DNA of 64,000 bases, taken from a virus. Its lineage: Duplodnaviria; Caudoviricetes. The DNA lies in the IMG/VR virus record IMGVR_UViG_3300037991_002562, positions 1-64,000 of that record; one strand, given 5' to 3'. Below the pieces are notes generated by a model. That model was given only the letters and a program-made list of their open reading frames with translations, had not been told where the DNA came from and did no database searches. Made by a program: the position numbers and the translations under genes. The stretch's first letter is position 1; each line of letters starts with the position of its first letter. Positions 48,370 through 59,065 of the stretch are shown here, piece by piece.

Positions 48370-48631
48370 ACTAGAAGTCGAACTATTCAAAAACGACGAA
48401 AAAGGAATCTTATACAAGCTGTCAGTAACCGAGTTCAGAGGTAAGTCTTATCTTTCAGTTCGGGAATGGTATTTAGATTTTGAAGGAGTTTACGCTCCAA
48501 CAAAGAACGGATTTACAGTCCCGTATACTCTAGATACCACACTGGCTCTGTTTGAAGCCTTGGTAGATCTTCTGTCTAAAGCAGAAGTGTTAGAAACTTT
48601 ACTAGAGAAACGAAATGAAAGAACTACTTAA
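48347..48631 (+). CDS. PC4/p15-like ssDNA-binding protein
   Basis: LSVTEFRGKSYLSVREWYLDFEG.Y.PTKNG. Confidence 0.8.
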   Translation: MLEGHVDKLEVELFKNDEKGILYKLSVTEFRGKSYLSVREWYLDFEGVYAPTKNGFTVPYTLDTTLALFEALVDLLSKAEVLETLLEKRNERTT

Positions 48632-49586
48632 AACTGCTTCTGAAGCCTACTACGATGGAAACCCAATCCTTACTAATGAGCAATACGACACATTAGAACG
48701 TATGTACGGCCAAACTATCTCTGGTAACGGAGACACACCTCACGCATTTAGAATGTACTCACTTCAAAAGTGCTACGACATGCAGGATGCCCCACTAAGC
48801 ATCGAAAGATGTACCGAGACTCCCAAGCTAGACGGAGCTGCTATCTCAATATTATACGTCCAAGGAAATTATACATTGTCTCTTACTAGAGGCGATGGAT
48901 TTAAAGGGCGCGATATAACAGATAAAATCCGACAGCTTGTTCCACATAAGATCGAAACCGACAAGGATTTAGTACAAATTACTGGAGAAGTAGTTTGTAG
49001 CCACACTATGCCTAATGCACGGAATTACGTATCTGGAGCTTTAAACCTTAAAGACTTCGACGAGTACTCTAGCAAGGTTGTAGAAGGATCTATTGAATTT
49101 GTTGCCTACTCTGTACAAACCTCGGAATCTTCTATTGGTATTACTACCTCATATCCGGATGACATGAAGTTATTATACCGAAACGGATTTTTGCCTGTAA
49201 CTGAACTACAGATAGAAGATGGTTTAGCCTCTGCTTATGGAACAGCAAGCTTTCTAACAGACGGAATTGTGTACAGACTATCTAGTAACGCTCAATTCAA
49301 AGCGCATGGCTTTACCTCTAAGTTTCCAAAAGGAGCTTTTGCTTTCAAGGAGAATGCTGAGGCTGTGGAGACTACTCTTTTAGACGTAGTTTGGCAGACT
49401 GGAAAAAGCGGCAAGGTTTCTCCAGTGGCGATTCTAGAACCTGTTATGGTAGGGGATGCGAAAGTATCTCGCGCTACTCTTAACAATATAGAATTTATAA
49501 AGGCGCTAGACTTAGAAATAGGATGCAAGGTAGGCATTGTTCGCAGCGGTGAGATTATACCTTGTGTAGTTTCCCGTATTGATTAG
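48615..49586 (+). CDS. ligA: NAD-dependent DNA ligase subunit A
   Basis: YYDGNP..YD, TPKLDG, TRGDG, NARNY, DGIV, OB fold. Confidence 0.92.
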   Translation: MKELLKTASEAYYDGNPILTNEQYDTLERMYGQTISGNGDTPHAFRMYSLQKCYDMQDAPLSIERCTETPKLDGAAISILYVQGNYTLSLTRGDGFKGRDITDKIRQLVPHKIETDKDLVQITGEVVCSHTMPNARNYVSGALNLKDFDEYSSKVVEGSIEFVAYSVQTSESSIGITTSYPDDMKLLYRNGFLPVTELQIEDGLASAYGTASFLTDGIVYRLSSNAQFKAHGFTSKFPKGAFAFKENAEAVETTLLDVVWQTGKSGKVSPVAILEPVMVGDAKVSRATLNNIEFIKALDLEIGCKVGIVRSGEIIPCVVSRID

Positions 49587-49723
49587 AGTACACGGTGATA
49601 TAAATCAAAAAATCACTTGTAATTTTTGACAAACGTGTATATAATACTTTCATGGTTTGGGGGAGATAAGAACTTCTCCGTAAACCTAGGAAGTTCTCTC
49701 CCAGACCTGACCAAGGAATAACT

Positions 49724-50488
49724 ATGGAAATTTTAGTACCAACAGAATGTCCCTCCTGCGGAAGTGAGCTAGAGACAGTAAACAGTCAATTGTTCTGTCG
49801 AAACTCTAAATCATGTCCTGCACAATCTACTAAGCGCGTACAGCACTTTTGTAAGATTTTAAAAATCAAGGGATTCGGAGAGGTCACTGTTAATAAACTA
49901 GAGATTTCTCATATTAACGAGCTATTAACTCTTACGGAAGAGTTTTGTAAAACAAAAGGGATAGGGGATAAAACCTCAAGCAACTTAGTAGCTCAGATTC
50001 AAGACCGACTTAATAAAAAAATCTACGTATCAGATTTTATCTCAGGAATGTCAATACCTTTAGTAGGTACTTCACTAGCCAAGAAGCTAGGCTCAATTAA
50101 AATAGACGACCTGACGTATGAAGCTATACGCGAAGTAGGTGGTGGCGATAAAGCTGCAAACAACTTAATGGCTTGGATCGAAACAGACTGGATTCCAGAA
50201 TTACAAACCGAATGGAATCAGTATTTAGTAACAGAAAAACCAGTCAGTAATACTATACAGCAAAAAGGTGTAGTGTGTATTACAGGCAAACTAAACGACT
50301 TTCCTAATCGAAATGCCGCAGCAACACATTTAGCGTCACTCGGTTGGGAAGTAAAATCATCAGTAACCAAAACAACACAATACTTAGTCTGCGAAGATGA
50401 TTCAAAGACAGGTTCAAGCTCTTACAAAAAAGCAGAGAAACTTGGACTACCTATTGTGACAATCAAAGAATTAGAGGATAATTATTAA
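49724..50488 (+). CDS. ligB: NAD-dependent DNA ligase subunit B (Zn finger, HhH, BRCT)
   Basis: CPSCGS..C..C, IKGFGE, VCITGKL, SSVTKTT; own promoter at 49617-49645. Confidence 0.9.
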   Translation: MEILVPTECPSCGSELETVNSQLFCRNSKSCPAQSTKRVQHFCKILKIKGFGEVTVNKLEISHINELLTLTEEFCKTKGIGDKTSSNLVAQIQDRLNKKIYVSDFISGMSIPLVGTSLAKKLGSIKIDDLTYEAIREVGGGDKAANNLMAWIETDWIPELQTEWNQYLVTEKPVSNTIQQKGVVCITGKLNDFPNRNAAATHLASLGWEVKSSVTKTTQYLVCEDDSKTGSSSYKKAEKLGLPIVTIKELEDNY

Positions 50489-50489
50489 T

Positions 50490-51224
50490 ATGGCAAAATT
50501 TAGCTGGAATGAAGATAACACTGCGCAACTAGTAGACATGGTAGGCGCTCCTGACGAGACAATTACTCAAGCGCAACTAATCGAAGTAGCAGAACAACTT
50601 GGAACATCAGCACGTTCTGTAGGTTCTAAACTTCGTAAAATGGACTACAGCGTACAGAAAGCTAGCGAAGCTCGTAGCTCAGCATGGTCTGAAGCAGAAG
50701 AAGCAGAATTAGTAGCATTCTTAGACGCGAACAGCGGTGATTACACTTACGGCGAAATCAGCTCTGCTATCCTAGGCGGGAAGTTCTCTCCTAAACAAGT
50801 ACAAGGTAAAGTACTTAGCCTAGAAAAAACATCTGACGTAAAGCCAACTGAAAAAGTTGCTCCACCACGTAAATATACTGAAGAGCAAGAAGCTAAGTTT
50901 GTAGAGATGGCTCAAGCCGGTGAAAGCCTTGAAGCAATTGCAGAAGCGTTAGGTGTAAGCCTTAACTCTGCTCGCGGTAAAGCTCTAGCGCTAACTAAGT
51001 CTCATAATATCGAGATGCCTAAGCAAGCGAAAAGCAACGCACAAGCTCGCGTAGACGTATTTGAAGGCGTTGACGTTGAAACAATGACAGTAGAACAACT
51101 AGTAGAAGCTACTGGACGTACTGCTCGCGGTATTCGTTCTACACTATCTCGTCGTGGCTTAACATGCGTAGACTACGATGGTGCTGCAAAGCGTAAGAAG
51201 TTAGACGAAGCATCTGCTGAGTAA
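50490..51224 (+). CDS. T5 D5-like DNA-binding protein
   Basis: Repeated HTH units; RGIRSTLSRRGLTCVDYDG. Confidence 0.85.
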   Translation: MAKFSWNEDNTAQLVDMVGAPDETITQAQLIEVAEQLGTSARSVGSKLRKMDYSVQKASEARSSAWSEAEEAELVAFLDANSGDYTYGEISSAILGGKFSPKQVQGKVLSLEKTSDVKPTEKVAPPRKYTEEQEAKFVEMAQAGESLEAIAEALGVSLNSARGKALALTKSHNIEMPKQAKSNAQARVDVFEGVDVETMTVEQLVEATGRTARGIRSTLSRRGLTCVDYDGAAKRKKLDEASAE

Positions 51225-51240
51225 TATTTAGTACTACCTA

Positions 51241-51275
51241 AGAGGGAGTGAGTGAGTTACTCACTCCCTTTTTTC
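51241..51275 (+). terminator. Intrinsic terminator after D5
   Basis: AGGGAGTGAGT/ACTCACTCCCT followed by a T run. Confidence 0.8.
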
Positions 51276-51289
51276 TTATAGGGGCAATA

Positions 51290-52678
51290 ATGATAAATAC
51301 TGAAGGCTTAGTCCTTAAATTGCTGATGCACAGTAAAGAGTCAGAACAAGCATTATTAGCCTTCTCAAGAATAAAAGAAAAGCACTTCTCAGAATCCTTC
51401 AAACCCGTATTTACTGCTATTAAAGATTTCTACCACGAGTTCAACACTCTGCCATCTAGTAACGACATTTCTATTTATAGAGGAAGGTCGGCTAGGGTTC
51501 AAGTAGTTCTAAAGTCTATTCAGAATTTAGATATTACTAACCTAGACTTGGATGTAGCGGTGGAAGCTTTATTAGATAACCACTCCCAAGAGGTTGCACT
51601 AGATTTAATAACCGACTTTGTAGACAACGTATCTCTCCTTTCTAGGAACGAAATGTTGGATACTTTGGCAAGACTACCTATCTACTTTGAACAAGAGATT
51701 GAGTCTCCAGAGAAAGTATTAACTGCGCATGAACTAACAGCGTTCAAACCTAAAGAAGACATTCTTAAAGACGCAGTTCTACTTGGGTTATCTAATACGT
51801 GGGACAGTAAAATAACGTGTCAAATAGAAGACCTAATACTGTTAGGGGGAAGAAGAGGATCCGGTAAAAGTATTGTATGCTCCAATATTGTAGCAAATCA
51901 AATGGAGCAAGGAAACGTTGGTGTCTATTTCACAATAGAAATGACTGGACAGGAGACATTCCAGAGGATACTTTCTATAGTTACTGGTGTTAACTATGGG
52001 AATATAAAAGCTGGTGAATTTAGTGTTGAAGAGCAAAAGGCTATCGCAGAATGGCTGGCTAGTCAATACGAAGAGTCAGAAGATATTTTAGATGAATTTT
52101 TAAAGTCTGACGACCCTGACCCTTACTTATTCGAAAAACAACTAAAATCAACTTGCACACCTATTAAGGACAGTAAGTTAGTTGTTATAGATGACAGGGA
52201 ACTTTCACTAGCATCAATCGATGTTCAGCTATCAAAACTAAAAGCCAAGTATGGCGATAGGTTCAAGGTTGCCGTAATAGATTACGTTAACCAAGTGGTT
52301 TGGGATGGTCACGAATCTGAAATGTATGATTGGAAGATACAGACTATTATAGCTAAGCAACTTAAAAACTTAGCTAGGAAATATGGAATACTAATTGTTT
52401 CACCTTACCAGATAGACTCTACCGGAGAAGCTAGACTTTCTAAAGGTATACTAGATGCTTGCGATACAGCACAGCTACTCGAACCAGATAAGGAAACCAG
52501 CACAATTACATTCATACCGTCAAAAGTTAGAAGCAGTTCTGACGAAGTTACATCGACGGTAGCAATAGCATGGAATTGTCTAAAGATACATCCTAAAGAA
52601 GTCAATATAGACGACTTGAGACCAGAAGAAGAAAGTAAAGAAAATACTTTCCCATCTGGCGCAGGAGAGTTAGTGTAA
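51290..52678 (+). CDS. DnaB-like replicative helicase (D6)
   Basis: GGRRGSGKS, FTIEM, VIDYVNQ, SPYQ. Confidence 0.88.
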   Translation: MINTEGLVLKLLMHSKESEQALLAFSRIKEKHFSESFKPVFTAIKDFYHEFNTLPSSNDISIYRGRSARVQVVLKSIQNLDITNLDLDVAVEALLDNHSQEVALDLITDFVDNVSLLSRNEMLDTLARLPIYFEQEIESPEKVLTAHELTAFKPKEDILKDAVLLGLSNTWDSKITCQIEDLILLGGRRGSGKSIVCSNIVANQMEQGNVGVYFTIEMTGQETFQRILSIVTGVNYGNIKAGEFSVEEQKAIAEWLASQYEESEDILDEFLKSDDPDPYLFEKQLKSTCTPIKDSKLVVIDDRELSLASIDVQLSKLKAKYGDRFKVAVIDYVNQVVWDGHESEMYDWKIQTIIAKQLKNLARKYGILIVSPYQIDSTGEARLSKGILDACDTAQLLEPDKETSTITFIPSKVRSSSDEVTSTVAIAWNCLKIHPKEVNIDDLRPEEESKENTFPSGAGELV

Positions 52679-53532
52679 TGTCTAGAGTTGAAGAGATTTT
52701 AGATAGAAAGAAAATTCACTACGTTCCTAAGGGTAAAGATGTATTAGTTAAGTGCTTCAACCCAGAGCACGAAGATACGCATCCTTCATTACGTATAGAC
52801 CGGGAAACTGGTCTATACCACTGTTTAAGTTGTGGTTATAGAGGAAACATACTTACTCAATTACGAGATCCTACCCCAGCGTACACCGCAAAAGTAGCAA
52901 AAATAAAACAGTCAATTTCTAAGCTTCGCGCCCACCGCGTAGTTTCGTATCCTGCCGATATGCATTCACCTATTACGTATGAGTATCGGGGAATTGGTAT
53001 AGATACGCTAGAGAAATTTGGTGCGTTTAAATCGGAAGAGATGTTTCCAGATAGGATAGTAATACCTATCTCAGACTATAACGAAAACCTAGTGTGTATG
53101 ATTGGTAGATATGAAAACACTGACATATCTCCTAAATACCTAATGAAGCCCAAAGACGTTCAAACTCCTTTGTTTCCGTCACCTATTAAATGTGACCTAT
53201 CCTCAGGCGTTTTGATACTAGTGGAAGGTTTATTCGACGTAATTAACTTACACGACAAATCTCTTACTAACGTCGCGGCAACGCTAGGAACAAAACAATT
53301 GACAGCCAAGAACATATTTGATAAACTATTACCATATATGTCGAGTGGCGTCTCGAAAATAGTAATCGTATTTGACCCTGATAAATCAGGAATCGAATCC
53401 GCAGATAAACTAAAAAAGCTAATAGACTACAATACGGACTTAGTATGCGAGGTTTACAAGTTACCTGGCTCTAAAGACCCCGGTAGCCTAACTTATGACG
53501 AGGTTCAGACTCTTAAGTCTAGAATCATGTAG
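52678..53532 (+). CDS. DNA primase
   Basis: CFNPEH..CLSC zinc finger; TOPRIM VEGLFD and FDPD. Confidence 0.9.
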   Translation: MSRVEEILDRKKIHYVPKGKDVLVKCFNPEHEDTHPSLRIDRETGLYHCLSCGYRGNILTQLRDPTPAYTAKVAKIKQSISKLRAHRVVSYPADMHSPITYEYRGIGIDTLEKFGAFKSEEMFPDRIVIPISDYNENLVCMIGRYENTDISPKYLMKPKDVQTPLFPSPIKCDLSSGVLILVEGLFDVINLHDKSLTNVAATLGTKQLTAKNIFDKLLPYMSSGVSKIVIVFDPDKSGIESADKLKKLIDYNTDLVCEVYKLPGSKDPGSLTYDEVQTLKSRIM

Positions 53533-53544
53533 CACACTAACTCA

Positions 53545-55920
53545 GTGTATAAACTAAGGAATTATATGAAAATAGCAATCATCCAAAAATGCCCATCCAA
53601 GACTGAATACCAGAAACTGTTCATGTTACAGAATCACGAGGTAGAAGTCTACAACCTATCAAGTACTAAGGTTTCTCGGCTACTTAAACGAGATATAGAC
53701 CTTACAGACTTCGACCCAACTAAATTCGACTACGTAATCCTCGTAGGTTCTGAAGCTCTAAAAAACTATACAAAACAAACATCAGTAACCGATTATACCG
53801 GAAAACAAGTTGAAGGTAAATGCGGTTATCCTAATTTCATTGCTAGTATATCACCAGCGATGTTAGCATTTAAACCAGAAAACAAGCCTGTGTTTGACTT
53901 AACTGTAAAAGCTATCCATAATATATTTGGTGGCGTTGAAGAAGACATGGCAAATAAAAACTACGAGTTCTACAGAGAGACTGAAGATATTAAGAAGTTT
54001 CTTAGAAGAGCTGAAGCCCACGGAACTGACGTAGTAGCGCTCGACTCCGAAACCAGTGCATTAGAACCTAGAGAAGGGTACATGCTCGGTATCTCTGTAA
54101 CATACGAGCTTCACCAAGGAGCTTACCTAGACTCGGATGGACTAGACCAAGAATGTGTTGATATTCTACAAAAAATTATCGATACTAAGGACGTAGTATT
54201 CCACAATGCTAAGTTCGATATGAAGTGGTTTCTTTACCATTTAGGCGTAAGGTTTGACCACAGAGAAGGTCACGTACACGATACAATGATTCTTCACTAT
54301 CTGTTAGACGAGCGACAAGGTACTCACGGACTGAAATCTTTGGCACTTAAATACACAGACTTAGGGGCATACGATGATGAACTTGACGAGTGGAAGAAAG
54401 ATTACATAAAACAGTATTCTATTGACCCAGACACATTCTCGTATGACCTAATACCTTGGGACATAATCAAGGTGTATGCAGCAAAAGATACAGATGCTAC
54501 ATTCCAACTGTTCCGTAAGTTCTACCCTATTCTTATTAAGAACAACAAATTAAAATACTGTTACGAAGAGCTACAACTACCAGCACTTCACTTCTTAACT
54601 AGAATGGAAGACCGTGGAGTTCCGGTATCTGCTAACAGACTTCTAGAAGCTAATAACTACCTAGACAGTCAGCTATCAGCTTACCGTAAGCAGCTATGGG
54701 AAGTAGAAGAAGTAATAGAGCTAGAGCAAGAGCAAGGAGCAGTGTTTAATCCTAACTCTGTTCAGCAAATTAGAAAGCTACTGTTTGATAAAGTAGGCTT
54801 AAAACCGACAGGTAAATTGACAGGCACAGGTGCAATCTCAGTAGACAAAGAGGTGCTAGACACTCTAGCTGCTCAGCATAAAGTACCAAAGCTTATTAAG
54901 AATATCAGAACGCATTTAAAACTTAAATCAACCTACATATCTAAGCTAATACCGTGTATTAATTCAGATAGTAGAGTACGAACAGGGTTTCACCAAACCA
55001 CGACCACTTCGGGTCGATTGTCCTCATCAGGTCGATTTAACATGCAGCAGCTCCCAAGAGATAATCCTATTATCAAAGGTTGTGTAGTTCCTCCTGAAGG
55101 TTATAAAATAGTAGCCTTGGACTTAACCACCGCAGAAATTTATTTTGCGGCTGTCTTATCGGAAGATAAGGCAATGCAGCAAGTATTTATCAACATGAAG
55201 AAAGACCCTGATAAATACCCTGATTTTCATAGCAACATAGCACATATGGTGTTTAACTTACCATGCGAACCTAAAGATGTAAAAGAGTTATATCCTGCGC
55301 TAAGACAGGCAGCAAAAGCCATTAGCTTCGGCATTTTATACGGGTCAGGCCCAGCTAAGGTAGCAGAAGCGGTTAACCTAGCGTTCCTAGAGAATGACCA
55401 ACCTGCAACTTGTACTGTAGAAGATGCTAAAGGATATATCCAAGACTACTTCCGCAGATTCAAGCAGCTTAAACGTTGGATTGATGAATGTCATAACCAA
55501 ATCAAAGAGCATGGTTTCATCTATAACCACTTTGGTAGAAAGCGCAGACTACGCAATATTAACTCTAAAGACAGAGGTATTGCTTCTGGTGAAGTTCGTT
55601 CAGGATTTAACGCAATCATCCAGTCTATCTCTAGTGATTCATTGCTACTAGGTGCGATTGATGCTGATAAGGAAATCATAGAAAAAGGATTCCCTGCTGA
55701 AATCTTCGCTCTAGTACATGACTCCATCGTGGCAATTGTTAGAGAAGACAAAGTAGAAGAGTACATCGAGCTAGTAACTAGAAATGTACAAAAAGACCGT
55801 GGATGTTCAATCCCTGATTGTCCTGTTGGTCTAGAGGCGGACTCAGAGCCAGGTGGTTCTAGAGACTATTCTTGTGGTAAATTAGAAGCTAAGTATCCAG
55901 ACTTAGCTAAGGTAGCATAA
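53545..55920 (+). CDS. pol: Family A DNA polymerase with 3'-5' exonuclease (likely start 53566)
   Basis: DSET, HNAKFD, YAAKD, SGRLSS, RQAAKAISFGILYG, VHDS. Confidence 0.96.
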   Translation: MYKLRNYMKIAIIQKCPSKTEYQKLFMLQNHEVEVYNLSSTKVSRLLKRDIDLTDFDPTKFDYVILVGSEALKNYTKQTSVTDYTGKQVEGKCGYPNFIASISPAMLAFKPENKPVFDLTVKAIHNIFGGVEEDMANKNYEFYRETEDIKKFLRRAEAHGTDVVALDSETSALEPREGYMLGISVTYELHQGAYLDSDGLDQECVDILQKIIDTKDVVFHNAKFDMKWFLYHLGVRFDHREGHVHDTMILHYLLDERQGTHGLKSLALKYTDLGAYDDELDEWKKDYIKQYSIDPDTFSYDLIPWDIIKVYAAKDTDATFQLFRKFYPILIKNNKLKYCYEELQLPALHFLTRMEDRGVPVSANRLLEANNYLDSQLSAYRKQLWEVEEVIELEQEQGAVFNPNSVQQIRKLLFDKVGLKPTGKLTGTGAISVDKEVLDTLAAQHKVPKLIKNIRTHLKLKSTYISKLIPCINSDSRVRTGFHQTTTTSGRLSSSGRFNMQQLPRDNPIIKGCVVPPEGYKIVALDLTTAEIYFAAVLSEDKAMQQVFINMKKDPDKYPDFHSNIAHMVFNLPCEPKDVKELYPALRQAAKAISFGILYGSGPAKVAEAVNLAFLENDQPATCTVEDAKGYIQDYFRRFKQLKRWIDECHNQIKEHGFIYNHFGRKRRLRNINSKDRGIASGEVRSGFNAIIQSISSDSLLLGAIDADKEIIEKGFPAEIFALVHDSIVAIVREDKVEEYIELVTRNVQKDRGCSIPDCPVGLEADSEPGGSRDYSCGKLEAKYPDLAKVA

Positions 55921-56258
55921 TGAGAAAATTACTTAAAGTTTTTGGAGCTGAGGGAAGCTCTGATGATAGTAGCTTTGTAACCTATCTATACAAGCTGGTT
56001 CTGCATAGAACCGGCCCTACTTCCCCACAGTCTGAGATCCCTATATACTTGGACAACAACAAAGTAGGTACTGTATTACTACCTAATGTGACAGATGGTA
56101 CTTTATATCTAGCTTGTGACTTGACTATATCAGAAGAGTTGCTAAAGTTCTTAGTACCTTCGTTAACATTAGCTAATTCTGGTTACGTTCATGTAGAGTT
56201 GAGAGTAAAAGAGGTGTTTGATGTTTCTGGAGTGCCAATTCCCGATCTACGAAATTAG
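55920..56258 (+). CDS. Hypothetical protein
   Basis: TAATG coupling. Confidence 0.55.
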   Translation: MRKLLKVFGAEGSSDDSSFVTYLYKLVLHRTGPTSPQSEIPIYLDNNKVGTVLLPNVTDGTLYLACDLTISEELLKFLVPSLTLANSGYVHVELRVKEVFDVSGVPIPDLRN

Positions 56259-56730
56259 GAAGTACGTAGATAAATTCGAGGAAGGTAACTACATTGTTAT
56301 TCAAACTAACAGAACTAGATGGGTGCTTGACTATAAGTACAAAACCGACGACGATTATGCTATACGCAGAATGAAGTTAAAAACCGACCCACTTTGTCCG
56401 TACAAAGTGTATCCGCTATATAAGATGCACAGGACAATAGGGCAGGTAATTCGTTCTAAGCATAGAGAGTTTATAGATAGCACAGGTCGTATGATTTTAT
56501 ATAAGCCTGCTAAGTTCTATAATATTAAAATAGCCAAGATAAGAGCGTCTTGGCTAACTCAAACAGGGCATCGAGCGTATAAGGTTTTAGAAACTAATAG
56601 AACATTTGTATCTATTGACGGTCAGTACACCCATATAGCCTATGTTGAAGTAGGTAGGCGTACCTTTTTAATTGATTTAATAACTTCCAAGGAGCTTCCA
56701 GAGTTCAAAACAGTTAGAACAAAAATATGA
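56218..56730 (+). CDS. Hypothetical protein (T5-like, between pol and D10)
   Basis: FPIY..RR.KL..FIDSTG. Confidence 0.7.
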   Translation: MMFLECQFPIYEIRKYVDKFEEGNYIVIQTNRTRWVLDYKYKTDDDYAIRRMKLKTDPLCPYKVYPLYKMHRTIGQVIRSKHREFIDSTGRMILYKPAKFYNIKIAKIRASWLTQTGHRAYKVLETNRTFVSIDGQYTHIAYVEVGRRTFLIDLITSKELPEFKTVRTKI

Positions 56731-58375
56731 GAAAAAAGGCAGTAATATCTAACAAGATATATTTGAACTGTTCTAAAGGTTCGGACTTACAGCACAAGCT
56801 AGAGTCCGAACTAACTTATGAAATAAATCAACAACCTATCTCAGAGTTCCCTTTGGTTATTAGACACCTTACTAGGATATCTGATATGGTTGTTTCATTC
56901 CCCGCAGGTAGAGTAGACCTAATACCAGATGATTACGAAATTGTAGACAAACGTAGTTATGAAGAAGCTGAAATACCAGAGCCTAGTTTTACGCTAAGAG
57001 AGAATCAAGCAGAAGCTAATGATTATTTCAGCGATGGTATGTCTGGTATTATCAACTGTAAACCGGGTTAGTGTAACCTTAGCTCGGTATAAACTCTTCT
57101 AATTGCTGGAACGTCCTTAGAGCTTTTTAACTACAGCGTAACTGGAAACGGTAAGCGCGAATGTTTGAAAATAAAAAGATTGGATAATCAGCAGCTAAGA
57201 CCCTAAAATGGGTAAAGTTCAGAGACTATCCCTATATGGGAGTAGGCTTCAACGGAAGTCGAAATGGAGAGTAATATCATTAAGATATTAAAGATATAGT
57301 CCGATCTTTATCGAAAGATAAAGAGCGTCAGGTAACGGTCTGACGCGTAACATAAATGTGGGGTAAGTCCATATGTGCTATGGGCTTAATAGCTAAGTAC
57401 CAATTAAAGACCTTAATAGTAACTACTACCACAGTTATACGTGATATGTGGGTTAAGGAAATAAAACAGCACTTTGGTATAGAGCCTTGTGTTATTGGAG
57501 GTGGGAAGGTTATAAATCCCGAATCTCCAATAGCCGTAGGTAATATACAAACAGTAGAGAAGATTATCCAAAAGGAAAGCGGTACGTATGGAATGCTGAT
57601 AATCGACGAGTGCCACCATTGTTCTGCCAATACATTTACCAAAGTTCTGAACGTATCTAGAGCATCTATAAAAATAGGTCTTAGTGGTACATTGACCAGA
57701 CGAGACGGTAAACACGTACTGTTTAACGACTTCTTTGGTTCCAAGAGGTTTGTTGGTAAAGATGAAAACCGTATGAAGCCTACTGTGTGGGTTTATAGGT
57801 CAGCAGTACAAATTCCATCCAACTCTATGATTCCGTGGGCACGCCGCGCCAACGCAGTTATGGAAGACCCACGACATTTAAGTGATGTTATTTTTATAAC
57901 TAAAATATTGGAGCAGCTAGGGCACAGAGTTTTGGTGGTTGCAGATAGGGTAGAGTTTTTAGAAAAAGCTCACAAGGCATTACCTTATAGCTTAATAATA
58001 GCTAAGAACATGGCCGCTACCGCCGAAGAGCGGGAGATAGTCATGAATGCTGTTAAACAAGGAAAAGCATTATCATTGTGTGCAACACAATCTATTTTCT
58101 CCGAAGGTGTGTCACTTAACGAACTATCTGCATTAGTTGCAGGGTCTTTAATCAGCTCTGAAGAGTTACTTGAGCAGCTTATTGGTAGGGTTCAAAGACC
58201 TGCTAATAATAAGCTACCTCCTATAGTAGTAGATATAAGACTAGAGGGTGAAACAGCTAGAAGACAGTTCTATAACAGGAAAGCTCTGTATACAAGAGAG
58301 GGCTGGGAAGTTAAAGAAATAAGCAGGGCGGCAATGCTGGACTTGGTGAAACAACATGAGCAAACAATTAGCTAG
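56727..58375 (+). CDS. D10 superfamily 2 helicase, spliced (exon 1 56727-57068; exon 2 57359-58375)
   Basis: Splicing restores Walker A INCKPG|WGKS; DECHH, GLSGT, QLIGRVQR. Confidence 0.92.
57069..57358 (+). mobile_element. ORF-less group I intron (290 nt)
   Basis: P1 ACCGGGT/GCTCGGT with U-G pair; AATTGCTGGAA, AATCAGCAG, TCAGAGACTA, AAGATATAGTCC; terminal G. Confidence 0.93.
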
Positions 58376-58655
58376 CACTACACTTAACCTCATACTTGCA
58401 GAGGTTTCTAAAGACTTAGTAGACCCTAGCATGGGAGACCATAAGAAGTATTGGCAAATACTATCTACAGGTATAGAGAAGTTTATACAGAAAATGGCCT
58501 CCTGTGAACATAGCAATACCGTAACCAAGTTGAGCAACGGTGGCTTGTCTGGGTCAGGTAAGAAAATAATAAGCAAAATAACTCACTGCGAAGATTGTGG
58601 TAGAGTTTTAAGCACAGAAGTATTTGGAAAGGCTAATAATCTAGATACCCTGTAG
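58356..58655 (+). CDS. Hypothetical zinc-binding protein
   Basis: CEH...CEDCG. Confidence 0.55.
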   Translation: MSKQLASTTLNLILAEVSKDLVDPSMGDHKKYWQILSTGIEKFIQKMASCEHSNTVTKLSNGGLSGSGKKIISKITHCEDCGRVLSTEVFGKANNLDTL

Positions 58656-58735
58656 TGCAAATAAAATTAAAATATTTCTTGACATTTCGATCTATTATGT
58701 ATATAATGACTTTTCAAATTGAGGGATTAAACAAA

Positions 58736-59059
58736 ATGACATACTTCGATTATGAATACTGTTACATATTAGGTGCAGGAATGCCTAAGAAAATACTGCG
58801 AGCTTTCGAGCTAACAAAAAACAGACGTGGCAACGATTTCCTAATAAATGAAGAGGGCTTACTTAAATCTAAAGCTTCTGCCTTACATAAGGCTCAATAC
58901 TTAGGACTTGCTGCGTTACGTAACTATGATGACTACGCAGAGTCTCAAAGAAAAACACTCAGTAGAGGGCTTATCCCAAACTGGATTAAACTAGGGGAGT
59001 TAGAAACCAACCCCCTGATTACTATAACAGAAACAGAAATTATTTTAAATAAGGAATAA
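58736..59059 (+). CDS. Hypothetical protein (T5-like, upstream of D11)
   Basis: AQYLGLAALRNY..Y; promoter TTGACA-17-TATAAT at 58679-58707. Confidence 0.7.
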   Translation: MTYFDYEYCYILGAGMPKKILRAFELTKNRRGNDFLINEEGLLKSKASALHKAQYLGLAALRNYDDYAESQRKTLSRGLIPNWIKLGELETNPLITITETEIILNKE

Positions 59060-59065
59060 ATACAT

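Noticed and set aside
48615-50488. Split ligase as a pseudogene or intron-interrupted gene
   Set aside because: A two-gene ligase is normal in T5-like phages, and the spacer lacks group I core motifs.
57069-57071. Stop-codon readthrough or recoding in D10 and thyA
   Set aside because: The stops are the first bases of group I introns, and no suppressor tRNA is present.
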